A DNA stretch of 64,000 bases from Candidatus Levyibacteriota bacterium (GCA_016182185.1 JACOXU010000001.1:402915-466914), one strand, 5' to 3'. Shown: positions 9,474 to 19,531, counted from the stretch's first letter. Numbers and translations: made by a program. Notes: generated by a model not told the origin, from the sequence alone.

Positions 9474-10558
9474 TAAGATGCTTCTTTTTCTTCGACTCCT
9501 ACAGCAACAGGGGTAGCTCCTGATTGGCTTTTTTTCATAATTTCATCAATGATTTTTTTTGCCACGTCTGACTTTTCTTTCAAAAATGCTTTTGTTGCTT
9601 CCTTTCCCTGCCCAAGCATAAGATCACCGAATCGAAAGAATGCACCGGATTTTTGAATAATTCCCATCTCAACTCCAACATCGACAATTCCACCCTCTCT
9701 AGAAATGCCACCATCTGCTATTACATCAAATTCTGCGATTCTGAAGGGTGCGGCTACTTTATTCTTGACAATTTTTACTCTGTGTCTTGATCCGATAACT
9801 TTGTCTCCATCTTTTAAGGTTTCGATCTTTCGTGAATCAAGCCGAACCGATGCGTAGAACTTAAGAGCAAGTCCTCCAGGTGTAGTCTCAGGATTCCCAA
9901 ACATTACACCTATTTTCTGACGCAGTTGATTCGTAAAGATAACTACAGTTTTTGATTTTGAAATTACTCCGGTTAATTTTCGCAAAGCCTGCGACATTAG
10001 ACGAGCCTGAAGTCCTATCATCGCATCACCCATTTCTCCTTCAATTTCTGCTCGGGGGACAAGAGCCGCAACAGAATCAATAACTAATACATCGACACCC
10101 CCAGACCTGATAAGACTCTCTGCGATTTCAAGAGCTTGTTCTCCTGTGTCGGGTTGGGAGATAAGAAGTTCATCAAGCTTGACTCCGATACGCTGCGCCC
10201 AAAGGGGGTCAAGCGCATGCTCGGCATCTATAAATGCTGCAACCCCTCCATGTTTTTGGGCTTGGGCAATAATTGATAAACAAATTGTGGTTTTCCCGGA
10301 TGCCTCAGGTCCAAAAATTTCAACCACCCGTCCCCTTGGCACTCCGCCTACTCCAAGCGCTAAGTCCAAGGGAAGACACCCAGTTGAAATAACAGAGATA
10401 TCAAGTTTTTGTCCTCCTTCTCCAAAACGCATTATAGAACCGCGTCCATATTGTTTTTCTATTTGTTCCATGGCCATTTTTACTGCTTCAAGTTTCTTCG
10501 AAGATTCTGTTGGACCATTTGCTTTTGGAGTTTTTTGAGTGTTTGATGTACGCGCCAT
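9473..10558 (-). CDS. recA: Recombinase A
   Basis: [25 protein letters not shown] and GNPETTPGG motifs. Confidence 0.98.
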   Translation of the reverse strand: MARTSNTQKTPKANGPTESSKKLEAVKMAMEQIEKQYGRGSIMRFGEGGQKLDISVISTGCLPLDLALGVGGVPRGRVVEIFGPEASGKTTICLSIIAQAQKHGGVAAFIDAEHALDPLWAQRIGVKLDELLISQPDTGEQALEIAESLIRSGGVDVLVIDSVAALVPRAEIEGEMGDAMIGLQARLMSQALRKLTGVISKSKTVVIFTNQLRQKIGVMFGNPETTPGGLALKFYASVRLDSRKIETLKDGDKVIGSRHRVKIVKNKVAAPFRIAEFDVIADGGISREGGIVDVGVEMGIIQKSGAFFRFGDLMLGQGKEATKAFLKEKSDVAKKIIDEIMKKSQSGATPVAVGVEEKEAS

Positions 10559-10605
10559 TTGGTTCTAATTGTAACAACTTTTTGTTATAATGCAATAGTT
10601 ATTTT

Positions 10606-10676
10606 CGGGGTGTAGTTTAACGGTAGAATTCGCGGCTGGGGGCCGTGCGGCTGGAGTTCGACTCTCCGCACCCCGA
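10606..10676 (+). tRNA. tRNA-Pro(GGG), CCA not encoded
   Basis: Acceptor stem CGGGGTG/CACCCCG, anticodon arm CGCGG-CTGGGGG-CCGTG and T-loop GTTCGAC. Confidence 0.93.
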
Positions 10677-10688
10677 CTTAAATTAATA

Positions 10689-12101
10689 ATGACTGAGTCA
10701 GAAAAACTTCACAATAAAAGGGTTCAGAAAATTTCCGCACAGTTAAAGAAATTCTATAAGCAAAAAAAGAAAGTACGCATCTATCACGGGAGCACAAATT
10801 CCACCAGAACTCAAGAGTTTAAAAAAGACGAAATTGTATATATTACGGATTTAAATAATGTAATTGAAGTAAATCCAAAAGAAAAATATGCTGTTGTTGA
10901 ATCAAATGTTCCAATGGATAAACTGGTTGAGGAAACATTTAAGTTTGGCCTTATTCCCCCCGTTGTCATGGAATTTCCGGGTATCACCGTTGGCGGAGGA
11001 ATTCAAGGAGGGGCAGGAGAAAGCAGTTCTTTCAAATGGGGTTTATTTCACCACATTTGTCTTGAGTATGAAATGGTTTTAGGAGACGGAAAGATAATAA
11101 CAGCTTCTTCTAAGAAAACCTCTGATCTTTATTGGGGCACTGCATGTTCTTACGGATCTTTAGGAATCATCACGCAAGTAAAACTTCGTTTAATCTCTGC
11201 TAAAAAATTTATTCATTTGACATACCATAAAGTTAATAGTTTTAAAGAGTCTATAAAATCTATTGAAGAAGCCTCTCGGGATTCTGTTGATTTTATTGAT
11301 GGAATACTGTTTTCAAAACAAACCGGCGTAATAATGAGCGGAAAATTTTCCGATAAAAAAGACGCTCCGGTGGTAACATTTCGAAAGGCAATTGATGATT
11401 GGTTTTATGTTCATGCAGAAAAAATTATTAAAAAACACAAGAAATGGAAGGAGATTATACCTTTAAAAGACTATCTTTTTAGGTATGACAGGGGTGCTTT
11501 TTGGGCAGGAAATTATGCGTTTAAACGTAGCCGTATTCCTTTTAATAGATTCACTCGATTTATTTTAAATCCCCTTTTTAAAACAAGAACCCTCTATCGC
11601 TTCCTGCAGGCGATAAATATTTCCCAAAGACAAATCGTTCAGGATTTCTGTCTTCCTAGAGAAAGCGTATTGCCATTTTTAGAACTTGTGGACAAAATGA
11701 CTAATATTTATCCTATCTGGATATGTCCCGGATGGGTGGCTAAAAAATATGATAAGTTGTCTCCCGGCTATCTTAGCAATAATTTTATAATTGATATTGG
11801 GGTATGGGGAAAGACACAAGGAGATTTTGAACATCTTGTTAAACTAAACAGAGACTTGGAAAAGACTTTGACTGAATATAAAGGACGAAAAGTATTATAT
11901 GCTCATTCATATTATCCAAAAGATGAGTTCTGGAAAATCTATGATTTTAAATGGTATGAAAAATTAAGAAAAAAATATAAAGCCGAAAAAGTATTCCCCG
12001 ATGTTTATGAAAAAACTAAGGTTTCCAAAAAATATAATGTATCGATTACAAAAGGGTTGTTAAATGTTATCAAATCACCGTTTAAGTTACCTATTAATTA
12101 A
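10689..12101 (+). CDS. FAD-linked oxidoreductase, Delta24-sterol reductase (DHCR24)/BfaA-like
   Basis: VMEFPGITVGGGIQGGAGESSSFKWGLF, SYGSLG, YLFRYDRGAFW, QDF, YPIWICP and FPDVYEK motifs. Confidence 0.8.
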   Translation: MTESEKLHNKRVQKISAQLKKFYKQKKKVRIYHGSTNSTRTQEFKKDEIVYITDLNNVIEVNPKEKYAVVESNVPMDKLVEETFKFGLIPPVVMEFPGITVGGGIQGGAGESSSFKWGLFHHICLEYEMVLGDGKIITASSKKTSDLYWGTACSYGSLGIITQVKLRLISAKKFIHLTYHKVNSFKESIKSIEEASRDSVDFIDGILFSKQTGVIMSGKFSDKKDAPVVTFRKAIDDWFYVHAEKIIKKHKKWKEIIPLKDYLFRYDRGAFWAGNYAFKRSRIPFNRFTRFILNPLFKTRTLYRFLQAINISQRQIVQDFCLPRESVLPFLELVDKMTNIYPIWICPGWVAKKYDKLSPGYLSNNFIIDIGVWGKTQGDFEHLVKLNRDLEKTLTEYKGRKVLYAHSYYPKDEFWKIYDFKWYEKLRKKYKAEKVFPDVYEKTKVSKKYNVSITKGLLNVIKSPFKLPIN

Positions 12102-12154
12102 ATAAAGACGCAAGAGTTGCATTAAAATCCTTTTTATATATAATTGATAGACTT

Positions 12155-12907
12155 ATGAGAAATAAAACACACTCAAGTGTTTGGGATAGATTCCCTAAGT
12201 TAAAATCAATATCAAAAGAAAAGTTCCCCAATCATCTTCTTATAATTCCTGACGGAAATGGCAGATGGGCACAAAGATTTAGTAAATTGCCTGTTTTTGG
12301 ACACCGAAAAGGAAGAGAAGTTTTAAAACAAATTCTAGATGATCTCCAAGAGCTACCTATACACTTTATAACAGTTTGGGGATTTTCTACCGGCAACTGG
12401 AAAAGATCAAAAGCTGAAGTCAAAGCCCTCATGAGTATTTTTGAAAAAGCAGTAAATGAAAATCTTCCAAGATTAATAGAAACGGGCACTCGTTTTATAC
12501 ATATTGGCAGAGAGGATAGAATCCCAAAGTCTTTAAAAAATGCCATCCGAAATTCGGAAATTAAGACAAAAACAAACAGAAAACGAGTATTTTGTCTTGC
12601 AATAGACTTTGGAGGAGAAGATCAAGAACTTAGAATGATGGAGAAAATCCGCGATCTCCCAAAAAATATAAAAATAACCCCGCAGGTTGTTGAAAAATTG
12701 AGAGACGCACAGGGTTTAATTCCACAGGCAGATTTAATTATCAGAACGTCAGGTGAACAAAGAACCTCTGATCTTGGCTGGCTTGAGCGAAATTCGGAAT
12801 TCTATTCCATTAAAAAACTTCTACCGATGACTGCAACATCTGACTTTATTGAAGCAATTATTGATTATTCGAAAAGAAATAGGCGATTTGGAGCAAGACC
12901 AAAATAA
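12155..12907 (+). CDS. uppS: cis-prenyltransferase (undecaprenyl diphosphate synthase family)
   Basis: IPDGNGRWA, GH..G, FSTGNWKR and DLIIRTSGEQRTS motifs. Confidence 0.9.
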   Translation: MRNKTHSSVWDRFPKLKSISKEKFPNHLLIIPDGNGRWAQRFSKLPVFGHRKGREVLKQILDDLQELPIHFITVWGFSTGNWKRSKAEVKALMSIFEKAVNENLPRLIETGTRFIHIGREDRIPKSLKNAIRNSEIKTKTNRKRVFCLAIDFGGEDQELRMMEKIRDLPKNIKITPQVVEKLRDAQGLIPQADLIIRTSGEQRTSDLGWLERNSEFYSIKKLLPMTATSDFIEAIIDYSKRNRRFGARPK

Positions 12908-12912
12908 AAACA

Positions 12913-13980
12913 ATGGACGATTTACAAATTTTCAAGGAAAAATTTGATCTTTTCTTAAAAGCACGCCTTAAGCAAAAAACTAAGCAACTTGCCACATACT
13001 CAAAAGATCCTTTCGTTTTAGACTATATTGATTACGCAAAAAAGATTACTGTAATAGGCGGAAAAAGAATAAGACCATATATTGCATACTTAATGTATAA
13101 GTCTTTCGGAGGCAAAGAGGAAGAAAAAGTTTTAAAACTCCTCACTTCCCTTGAAATTCTCCATTCATTTCTGCTTATGCACGATGACATTATCGACAAA
13201 GGAACTCTTCGACATGGAATAAAAACCTCTCATATATATATCGCCAACAAATTAACTAAAGCCCAAAGACATGGGGAATACCTGAATCTTGGTAAATCGC
13301 AAGCTATGCTCCTTGGAGATTTTCTATTTTCCTGGTCGCAGGAAATAATCAACCAAAATTCCGATTTTAATGAAAAAATATTAAAGAATTTAAGACGATA
13401 TTTTTATGCAATGGTTGATAAAGTAATCCTCGGGGAAATGATCGATGTTGATCTTACAACACGAAAAAGCGTAACAAATGATCTTATAGATCAGGAGTTC
13501 CGTCTTAAAACAGCAAGTTACAGCTTTATTGGCCCAATGCAAATCGGTGTGGCCTTAGCAGACAAGACAACTAAAAAAATAGAGAAACTTTGTATAGAAT
13601 TGGGGACAAATCTTGGGATTGCTTTTCAGATACAAGATGATTTGCTTGATATCATGTCAACCGACAAAAATATGTCTAAAGCTACATCTTCCGATATTTT
13701 ACAGCATCAACATACTTATTTTACTCAATATATTTTTGAGCATGGAAGCAAAAATCAAATAAATACGTTGAATAGTTTATTCGAACAAAAAAAGAATAAA
13801 TCAGATAAATCTAAAATTAAAAAATTATTTGTTGAATCAGGAGCAATAAAGATGGGAAAACAGATAATTGAAAACTGTATTGATAAAGCAAGGGAGTTAG
13901 TCAAAGAATTTACTATTCAAGAAGACAAAAAAAGAGAATTAATTCTATTAATTGAAACTATTCGAAAAAGAACGTACTAG
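12913..13980 (+). CDS. trans-polyprenyl diphosphate synthase (GGPP synthase-like)
   Basis: GGKRIRP, first Asp-rich motif HDDIID with Phe five residues upstream, KTASYS and FQIQDDLLD. Confidence 0.88.
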   Translation: MDDLQIFKEKFDLFLKARLKQKTKQLATYSKDPFVLDYIDYAKKITVIGGKRIRPYIAYLMYKSFGGKEEEKVLKLLTSLEILHSFLLMHDDIIDKGTLRHGIKTSHIYIANKLTKAQRHGEYLNLGKSQAMLLGDFLFSWSQEIINQNSDFNEKILKNLRRYFYAMVDKVILGEMIDVDLTTRKSVTNDLIDQEFRLKTASYSFIGPMQIGVALADKTTKKIEKLCIELGTNLGIAFQIQDDLLDIMSTDKNMSKATSSDILQHQHTYFTQYIFEHGSKNQINTLNSLFEQKKNKSDKSKIKKLFVESGAIKMGKQIIENCIDKARELVKEFTIQEDKKRELILLIETIRKRTY

Positions 13981-14045
13981 AAAAGAGCGCATATGTATTT
14001 TAGATAAATATTTACCCGACGCAAAATTGATGTTTTTAGGAAAAA

Positions 14046-14630
14046 TTGACGAGTGTTACTATAAAACAAGAAGATTTAGATAAGAATATGCTTTCGTATT
14101 ATAAAACTAGACAGTTAATAGCCAAAATAAATAGAAACGGAAAGGTAATTGGTCAAATTGACAAATGGCAAACACACAGAAAAGGAATATTACATAAGGC
14201 ATTGACTATTGCTATTTTTTATAAAGATTTTTTGATTATACAACACAGAAAACATCCTGCCTTTGATGGAGTATTTGATATAACTTCTTCATCTCATCAG
14301 CTTTTTATAGATGGAAAACTGCAATCATCATCCGAAGCAACATACGCTACTCTAAAAAGAGAATGGAACTTATCAAAAAAAGATATTCTATATGAACCGC
14401 TAAATAAAGGGGCTATTTATTACCGGGCGAAAGATACAAAAAGTGAATTCACAGAACATGAGATGTGTGATATTTTGGTTACAGAGGTCAAAAAGTTACC
14501 AACTCCAAACTTTGATTTTGCTTACGGTTTTTCTTTGGTCAAGAAAAAGGAAATCTTAAATAAAAAAAGCAGAATTTATCAAGCTCTTGCCCCATGGGTT
14601 AAGAAAGCATTAGAAGAAAATCTACTTTAA
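14046..14630 (+). CDS. Type-1 IPP isomerase-like Nudix protein (start may be ATG 14088)
   Basis: H..GILHKA, QHR, YYRA..EHEMC and APW motifs; the catalytic-Cys site reads TSSSH. Confidence 0.75.
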   Translation: MTSVTIKQEDLDKNMLSYYKTRQLIAKINRNGKVIGQIDKWQTHRKGILHKALTIAIFYKDFLIIQHRKHPAFDGVFDITSSSHQLFIDGKLQSSSEATYATLKREWNLSKKDILYEPLNKGAIYYRAKDTKSEFTEHEMCDILVTEVKKLPTPNFDFAYGFSLVKKKEILNKKSRIYQALAPWVKKALEENLL

Positions 14631-14635
14631 AAAAA

Positions 14636-15304
14636 CTAGAAAGATAGATCTTCAGTCTGTTCGCGGTGGAAGTTATATGCGGATATAGAAAATTCCGGAG
14701 CTAAAACTTGAGACAGAGGAAACTTTGAACCATTAATGATTGCGGGGATTATTCCTTCAATCTCATTTATGTTTATAGATTGAAATACAATATTTCTTAC
14801 CATTCCGGGATGAAGACTTCTTATGTCTTCTATCGTAAGCCACCCATTGCCTTCAACCTCAATTCCATCTAAAGGCTTAACCTCTCCGTTCATTGGTCCG
14901 TCATAGTAAAGAAATGCTAAATCCACCGGTATCTCTCCTTTCCTTATTGAGACAACACCTTCTCTATACGAATTTTGTGTAACATAAAGGTGATTTAGTA
15001 AAATCCTATCATCTCCGCTAAACTCAGCAAGAGCACCTAATAAATTATACAATGGGCTTTCTCCACGCTTTCTAGTTTCTGCGATAAATGATATTTGTCC
15101 GGCTACCTTCTCCGTCATAGGTTTTGTTTCTCTTTCTCTTACTGTCCACAAGAGGATATTATCTTCATCGCCTTGGGGACTTGCGAAAACTACAACTACG
15201 ATCGCCTTACTGCCGGGCTCGTTCTCAGGAGAAGCTATTATTTCCTGTTGGGGCTTGCTTCCATTAACTCCGTGTATTTTAATGATTCGGGTTTCTGCTA
15301 TCAT
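14636..15304 (-). CDS. Hypothetical protein with degenerate Nudix box
   Basis: GQISFIAETRKRGES..LGALAEFSG resembles a Nudix box; its ATG abuts the IPK stop codon. Confidence 0.5.
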   Translation of the reverse strand: MIAETRIIKIHGVNGSKPQQEIIASPENEPGSKAIVVVVFASPQGDEDNILLWTVRERETKPMTEKVAGQISFIAETRKRGESPLYNLLGALAEFSGDDRILLNHLYVTQNSYREGVVSIRKGEIPVDLAFLYYDGPMNGEVKPLDGIEVEGNGWLTIEDIRSLHPGMVRNIVFQSININEIEGIIPAIINGSKFPLSQVLAPEFSISAYNFHREQTEDLSF

Positions 15305-15305
15305 T

Positions 15306-16085
15306 TTATTTAATAACTGTTCCTTTTACGGATTTTCCTATTATAGCACTGTAGAATGAATTTTTCCTGTTTCCTATCAGAAAAGTTTTTACCCCATTTT
15401 CTGCCAGCGCAAGAGCTGTTTCAGCTTTGTGTATCATCCCGCCTGTAACATCCGGTCTATCGCTTTTTTCTATAAATTTTTTAATTTTCGGCCAGCTGAC
15501 TTTGTCAATAAGCGGAATTGTTCTTTTCTTATCATCATAAATACCATCAGTTTCTCCTATTTCGATTACTTTTTCTATATTATATTTTTTATTTATAAAA
15601 AACTCCGCTATTTTGCTCAGAATGGTTTCGCCGGAAAAAATCGTACTCTTCCATTTAGAATCCCAGATAACATCTCCGAAAAGAACGGGTACTAAGTTTT
15701 GGTTAATCATTTTTTCTATTGATGAAAAAAAACTTTTTTCCAGCATACCGCCTGCTGCAGTAATTATTCCCATAGGTCTTATTGAAATTGCGGGAATTTT
15801 TTCCTTGATTAGAGCGTCTACAACGATTTTATTTATATCAAAGGCGTCCTTTGACACCCTTGCTATTCCCATCCTGTTTTTATAACCCCTTCTTCCTCCA
15901 TAGATAGATGCTGAAGTGTGTCCGAAGGATCCGCTTCCATGAGCAATAATCATTCTAATGTTTTTCACTTTGCTTATATTCCGAGCAATTCGTTTAAGAG
16001 ACTCAGTTCTTACTTTATATGGAATATTTTTATGGGTTATGGCAGATCCCCCAATTTTTATCAAAATGAGCTTTTTAGAGGACAT
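15306..16085 (-). CDS. Isopentenyl phosphate kinase (archaeal-type, amino-acid kinase fold)
   Basis: IKIGGSAITHK, HGSGSFGH, PVLFGD, FSGE and DVTGGM.HK motifs. True start is ATG 16085, 1 nt after the rpsI stop. Confidence 0.88.
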   Translation of the reverse strand: MSSKKLILIKIGGSAITHKNIPYKVRTESLKRIARNISKVKNIRMIIAHGSGSFGHTSASIYGGRRGYKNRMGIARVSKDAFDINKIVVDALIKEKIPAISIRPMGIITAAGGMLEKSFFSSIEKMINQNLVPVLFGDVIWDSKWKSTIFSGETILSKIAEFFINKKYNIEKVIEIGETDGIYDDKKRTIPLIDKVSWPKIKKFIEKSDRPDVTGGMIHKAETALALAENGVKTFLIGNRKNSFYSAIIGKSVKGTVIK

Positions 16086-16086
16086 G

Positions 16087-16572
16087 TTACCTCTTTGGAC
16101 TTTGTTTTTTTCTTCTTGCCTTTCCGCCGGTTCCGATCTTTCTTCTTTCGCGAACCCTTGCGTCAGACTTGAGGAATCCTTTTTTCTTAAGAATTGGTCT
16201 AAATTTATCTTTATCGAGCCTAGAAAGAGCGCGGGAAACTCCAAGAATCAATGCATCAAGTTGCCCTCTTAATCCTCCTCCTTCGAGCCTGACAGTAACT
16301 GCAAACTTATCAAGTGTATCTGTGGCACGAAACGGTTCTTCGTATTGAGTTTTAGAGACTTCTCCTGAGAAGTAGTTTTCAACAGGCATCCCATTTACAA
16401 CAAGGTCTCCTTTTTTGACAGACAAATCTCCCCATGAAAGACTTGCTTTAACAGATGGATAAAGTCTTACTCTTGCAATTGCTTCTTTGCGTCTGCCGAC
16501 TGCATGAATGTAATCTGGTTTTACTTCCTTTTTTTCTTTTATTTCGTTTTCGGATTGTTTTTTTCTTGGCAT
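16087..16572 (-). CDS. rpsI: 30S ribosomal protein S9
   Basis: GRRKEAIARV, GGGLRGQ and DARVRERRK..QSPKR. Confidence 0.96.
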   Translation of the reverse strand: MPRKKQSENEIKEKKEVKPDYIHAVGRRKEAIARVRLYPSVKASLSWGDLSVKKGDLVVNGMPVENYFSGEVSKTQYEEPFRATDTLDKFAVTVRLEGGGLRGQLDALILGVSRALSRLDKDKFRPILKKKGFLKSDARVRERRKIGTGGKARRKKQSPKR

Positions 16573-16573
16573 A

Positions 16574-17002
16574 TTAGTTGTTTTCTTTCTTCAGCCTATC
16601 TTGGTAGGTATGTTTCTCATCTGAAAAAGCAAAAAGTCTTTTAAGCATCCTGTCTCTTAATCTGTTTTGCGGAAGCATACCTCTTACTGCATGTTTTACA
16701 ATTTCACTGGGATTTTTCTCCCGAAGGTCTTTAAAACTTTCCGCACGAAAGCCGCCAGGATATCCTGAATGTCTGTAATATTTTTTATCGGTCTCTTTTC
16801 TGCCGGTAACCTTTATTTCTTTTGCGTTTATAACTACAACGTAATCGCCGCAATCTAAATTTCTCACAAAATATGGTTTTGACTTTCCCATCAGTAAATT
16901 TGCGATCTTAGTTGAAATTCTTCCTAAGGTTTGCCCTTTTACATCAATAAGATGCCAATCTCTTTTGATATCTGACTGTTTTGTTGCTTTTGTAATATTC
17001 AT
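16574..17002 (-). CDS. rplM: 50S ribosomal protein L13
   Basis: W.LID..LGR, DCGDYVVVINA, HSGYPGG and GMLP. Confidence 0.97.
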   Translation of the reverse strand: MNITKATKQSDIKRDWHLIDVKGQTLGRISTKIANLLMGKSKPYFVRNLDCGDYVVVINAKEIKVTGRKETDKKYYRHSGYPGGFRAESFKDLREKNPSEIVKHAVRGMLPQNRLRDRMLKRLFAFSDEKHTYQDRLKKENN

Positions 17003-17005
17003 AAC

Positions 17006-17509
17006 TTATTTAGATTTTTTGGTTCTGGTTTTGCCTTTTTCAGGTTTTTTCTTGACAGCAGTTTGCTTCTTTATAGTTTTTCCCTTGGGTCTTCTTTCCT
17101 TGCCTCCTGTTTTCTTTTGAACACCTTTATCTTCGCTGGTAACAGATTTTATTACTTTTTTCTCCACCCACTCCATTATTGCCATTCTGGCATTGTCAGA
17201 CAATCTTTCTCCTAATTTTACTATCCTAACATATCCGCCTTTTCGATTCTCAAATCTTGGTGCAATTTCAGAAATTACTTTTTCAACTGCTTCAGGATAA
17301 AGATGAACTGATAGCAATCTTTGAGCTAATTTTTTTTCTCTCCTTGCTTTTGAGATTAACTTATCTGCCTCGGCCTTGATTGCTTTTGCCTTGGCCTCAG
17401 TTGTCTTAATCCTTTCATTTAAAACCAGGGAGCTTAATAGGCTCTTAAAAAGTGCCTTTCTCTCCTTAACGTCTCTTTTAAATTTTCTGCCAAATACATT
17501 TTTCTTCAT
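17006..17509 (-). CDS. rplQ: 50S ribosomal protein L17 with basic C-tail
   Basis: IKTTEAKAK, RKGGYVRIVK and RLSDNA. Confidence 0.95.
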   Translation of the reverse strand: MKKNVFGRKFKRDVKERKALFKSLLSSLVLNERIKTTEAKAKAIKAEADKLISKARREKKLAQRLLSVHLYPEAVEKVISEIAPRFENRKGGYVRIVKLGERLSDNARMAIMEWVEKKVIKSVTSEDKGVQKKTGGKERRPKGKTIKKQTAVKKKPEKGKTRTKKSK

Positions 17510-17539
17510 AATAAAATAAACGACAGGTAACCCTATCGT
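17510..17539 (-). terminator. Terminator-like hairpin between rpoA and rplQ
   Basis: ACGATAGG-GTTA-CCTGTCGT followed by a T-rich tract on the minus strand. Confidence 0.5.
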
Positions 17540-17571
17540 AATTAAGTTTTGAAAACAATATTAAAGTAGAA

Positions 17572-18495
17572 TTACACCGGCAGTTCGATTCCTTTTTCTT
17601 TAAGTTTTTCTTCGATTATTGCAAGTGATTTATTTCCCATATTTCTCATGGACATAAGTTCTTTTCTCGGTGTATTAATCAGATCTCCTAATGTTTCGAT
17701 TTCGCCATTTCTCAAACTGTTATAAATCCTTGTCGGAAGATCAAGCTCATCAACTGTAAGTCTTGAAACTGCATCAGGTATGGATGGCGAGGAAGAACTG
17801 TCGCTTTGGGCTTTAGATGGCTTGGGCTGATAAATCTGCGAGAAATATGATGATAGAATTCTTCCGGCTTCATTTAATGCTTCTCGGGGGTCAACTGCTC
17901 CATTTGTCCAAATTTGAAGAGTGAGTTTGTCCAAATTTGTCTGTCTTCCTACGCGAGTAGCGGAAACCTCATAATTTACGCGTCTTACAGGAGTGAAAAT
18001 TGCATCAGTGGGAATAACGCCGACGGTTGATATCTTGCGATCTTCTGCGATTGAGTACCCTAGTCCTTTTTCAACTGTAAGTTCTGCATCAAACTTTGCT
18101 TTCTTGTCCCCCAAAGTTCCAATATATTGATCTTTATTGACAATTTCTACATCTTCGGGTAATTCTAAGTCCTGAGCCGTTATTTTTTTTGGACCTTTGA
18201 CTGAAAGTTTTATTGTGCTTGAATCTTTAGAATCAAGAAGTCGAAGATTTAATCCTTTAATGTTGAGAAGCAAATCTATAACATTTTCTTTAAGCCCTGG
18301 GATTGTAGAAAATTTGTGCCTTACGCCTGATATTTTTATGGAGGTTACGGCTGCTCCGGGGATAGATGACAAAAGTATTCTTCTTAGAGCATTTCCCAAA
18401 GTATGTCCATAACCAGGTTCAAGTGGCTCGATAATAAATTGTCCAAAATCTTTTTCGATTTTCTCTTCTTTGACTTTAAGTACTGGCTCCAACAT
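17572..18495 (-). CDS. rpoA: RNA polymerase alpha subunit
   Basis: EPLEPGYGHTLGNALRRILLSS, DAIFTPV and an alpha-CTD. Confidence 0.97.
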   Translation of the reverse strand: MLEPVLKVKEEKIEKDFGQFIIEPLEPGYGHTLGNALRRILLSSIPGAAVTSIKISGVRHKFSTIPGLKENVIDLLLNIKGLNLRLLDSKDSSTIKLSVKGPKKITAQDLELPEDVEIVNKDQYIGTLGDKKAKFDAELTVEKGLGYSIAEDRKISTVGVIPTDAIFTPVRRVNYEVSATRVGRQTNLDKLTLQIWTNGAVDPREALNEAGRILSSYFSQIYQPKPSKAQSDSSSSPSIPDAVSRLTVDELDLPTRIYNSLRNGEIETLGDLINTPRKELMSMRNMGNKSLAIIEEKLKEKGIELPV

Positions 18496-18512
18496 AAATA
18501 TCTATTTTATCA

Positions 18513-19118
18513 TTATCTCGAATAATATTCAATAATCAACTGTAAATTAAAGGGGACTTGCAAGTCATCTTTTTTGGGAAATCGAAGAAGTTTCCCGACA
18601 TCTCCTTTTCTGGTCAAAAATGACAATAATTGTAAATCTTTATCCTCCAGTTTTTCTGCGACTACTGGAGTTTTTTTTATCTTTGATCTCAGCGTTATAA
18701 TATCATTAATCTTTACTGAATAGGATGGGATATTAACTATCTTATCATTCACAAGTACATGTCGATGGGATACAAGTTGTCTGGCCATAGCTCTTGAGCG
18801 GGTCATACCCAAACGATAAACAATATTATCAAGTCTTATTTCAAGAAGAGACATTAAAATCTCTCCCGTATCTCCCTTTTTACTAGCTGCTTTGTTGATT
18901 AATTTCCTGAATTGTTTTTCCAGAAGCCCGTAGGTAACCTTTACCTTCTGTTTTTCCCGAAGTTGCAAGCCGTATTCCGATAACCTCTTGCGTCTTTTTC
19001 GGCCATGAACACCTGGAGGAATATTTAATCTTCTTTTAAGACTGGCTGAACTTTTATCAAGAAGGTTCATTCCTTCTCTTCTTGCTAGCTTATGTTTTGA
19101 TCCTGTATATCTTGCCAT
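18513..19118 (-). CDS. rpsD: 30S ribosomal protein S4
   Basis: MARYTG, SEYGLQLREKQK, RLDNIVYR and IIEYYSR. Confidence 0.97.
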   Translation of the reverse strand: MARYTGSKHKLARREGMNLLDKSSASLKRRLNIPPGVHGRKRRKRLSEYGLQLREKQKVKVTYGLLEKQFRKLINKAASKKGDTGEILMSLLEIRLDNIVYRLGMTRSRAMARQLVSHRHVLVNDKIVNIPSYSVKINDIITLRSKIKKTPVVAEKLEDKDLQLLSFLTRKGDVGKLLRFPKKDDLQVPFNLQLIIEYYSR

Positions 19119-19528
19119 TATATTCTCCTTTTCTTTTTAGGTCTTGGTCCGTTGTGCGGAATTGGAGTGACATCTGAAATAAGTGAGATCGAAAGCCCTC
19201 CGCTTCTCACTGCCCGAAGAGCCGAATCTCGTCCAGAGCCCGGTCCCTTCACGAAAACATCAACAGTTTTTAAGCCTTTTTCCACTGCTTTTTTTACTGC
19301 CTTTTCAACTGCGATTGTAGCGGCATATGGAGTTGATTTCCTCGTACCTTTAAATCCGGCAGCACCCGCTGATCCCCAGGAGATCGTATCACCCGTACTG
19401 TTAGTGATAGTAATTAACGTATTATTAAAAGTAGCTGAAACATAAACTTTTCCATGCTCAGTTAACTTAACTCCTGATTTTTTTCTAGACTTGACTGCTG
19501 TTTTTGCTGATTGTTTCTTTTCTCTCAT
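19118..19528 (-). CDS. rpsK: 30S ribosomal protein S11
   Basis: [18 protein letters not shown] and DVTPIPHNG. Confidence 0.97.
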   Translation of the reverse strand: MREKKQSAKTAVKSRKKSGVKLTEHGKVYVSATFNNTLITITNSTGDTISWGSAGAAGFKGTRKSTPYAATIAVEKAVKKAVEKGLKTVDVFVKGPGSGRDSALRAVRSGGLSISLISDVTPIPHNGPRPKKKRRI

Positions 19529-19531
19529 AGA

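Noticed and set aside
10606-14630. Isoprenoid genes as an island integrated at tRNA-Pro
   Set aside because: No duplicated tRNA 3' end and no integrase found in the window.
16086-16244. 52-aa N-terminal extension of IPK in the ORF track
   Set aside because: It overlaps rpsI in another frame; homology begins at ATG 16085.
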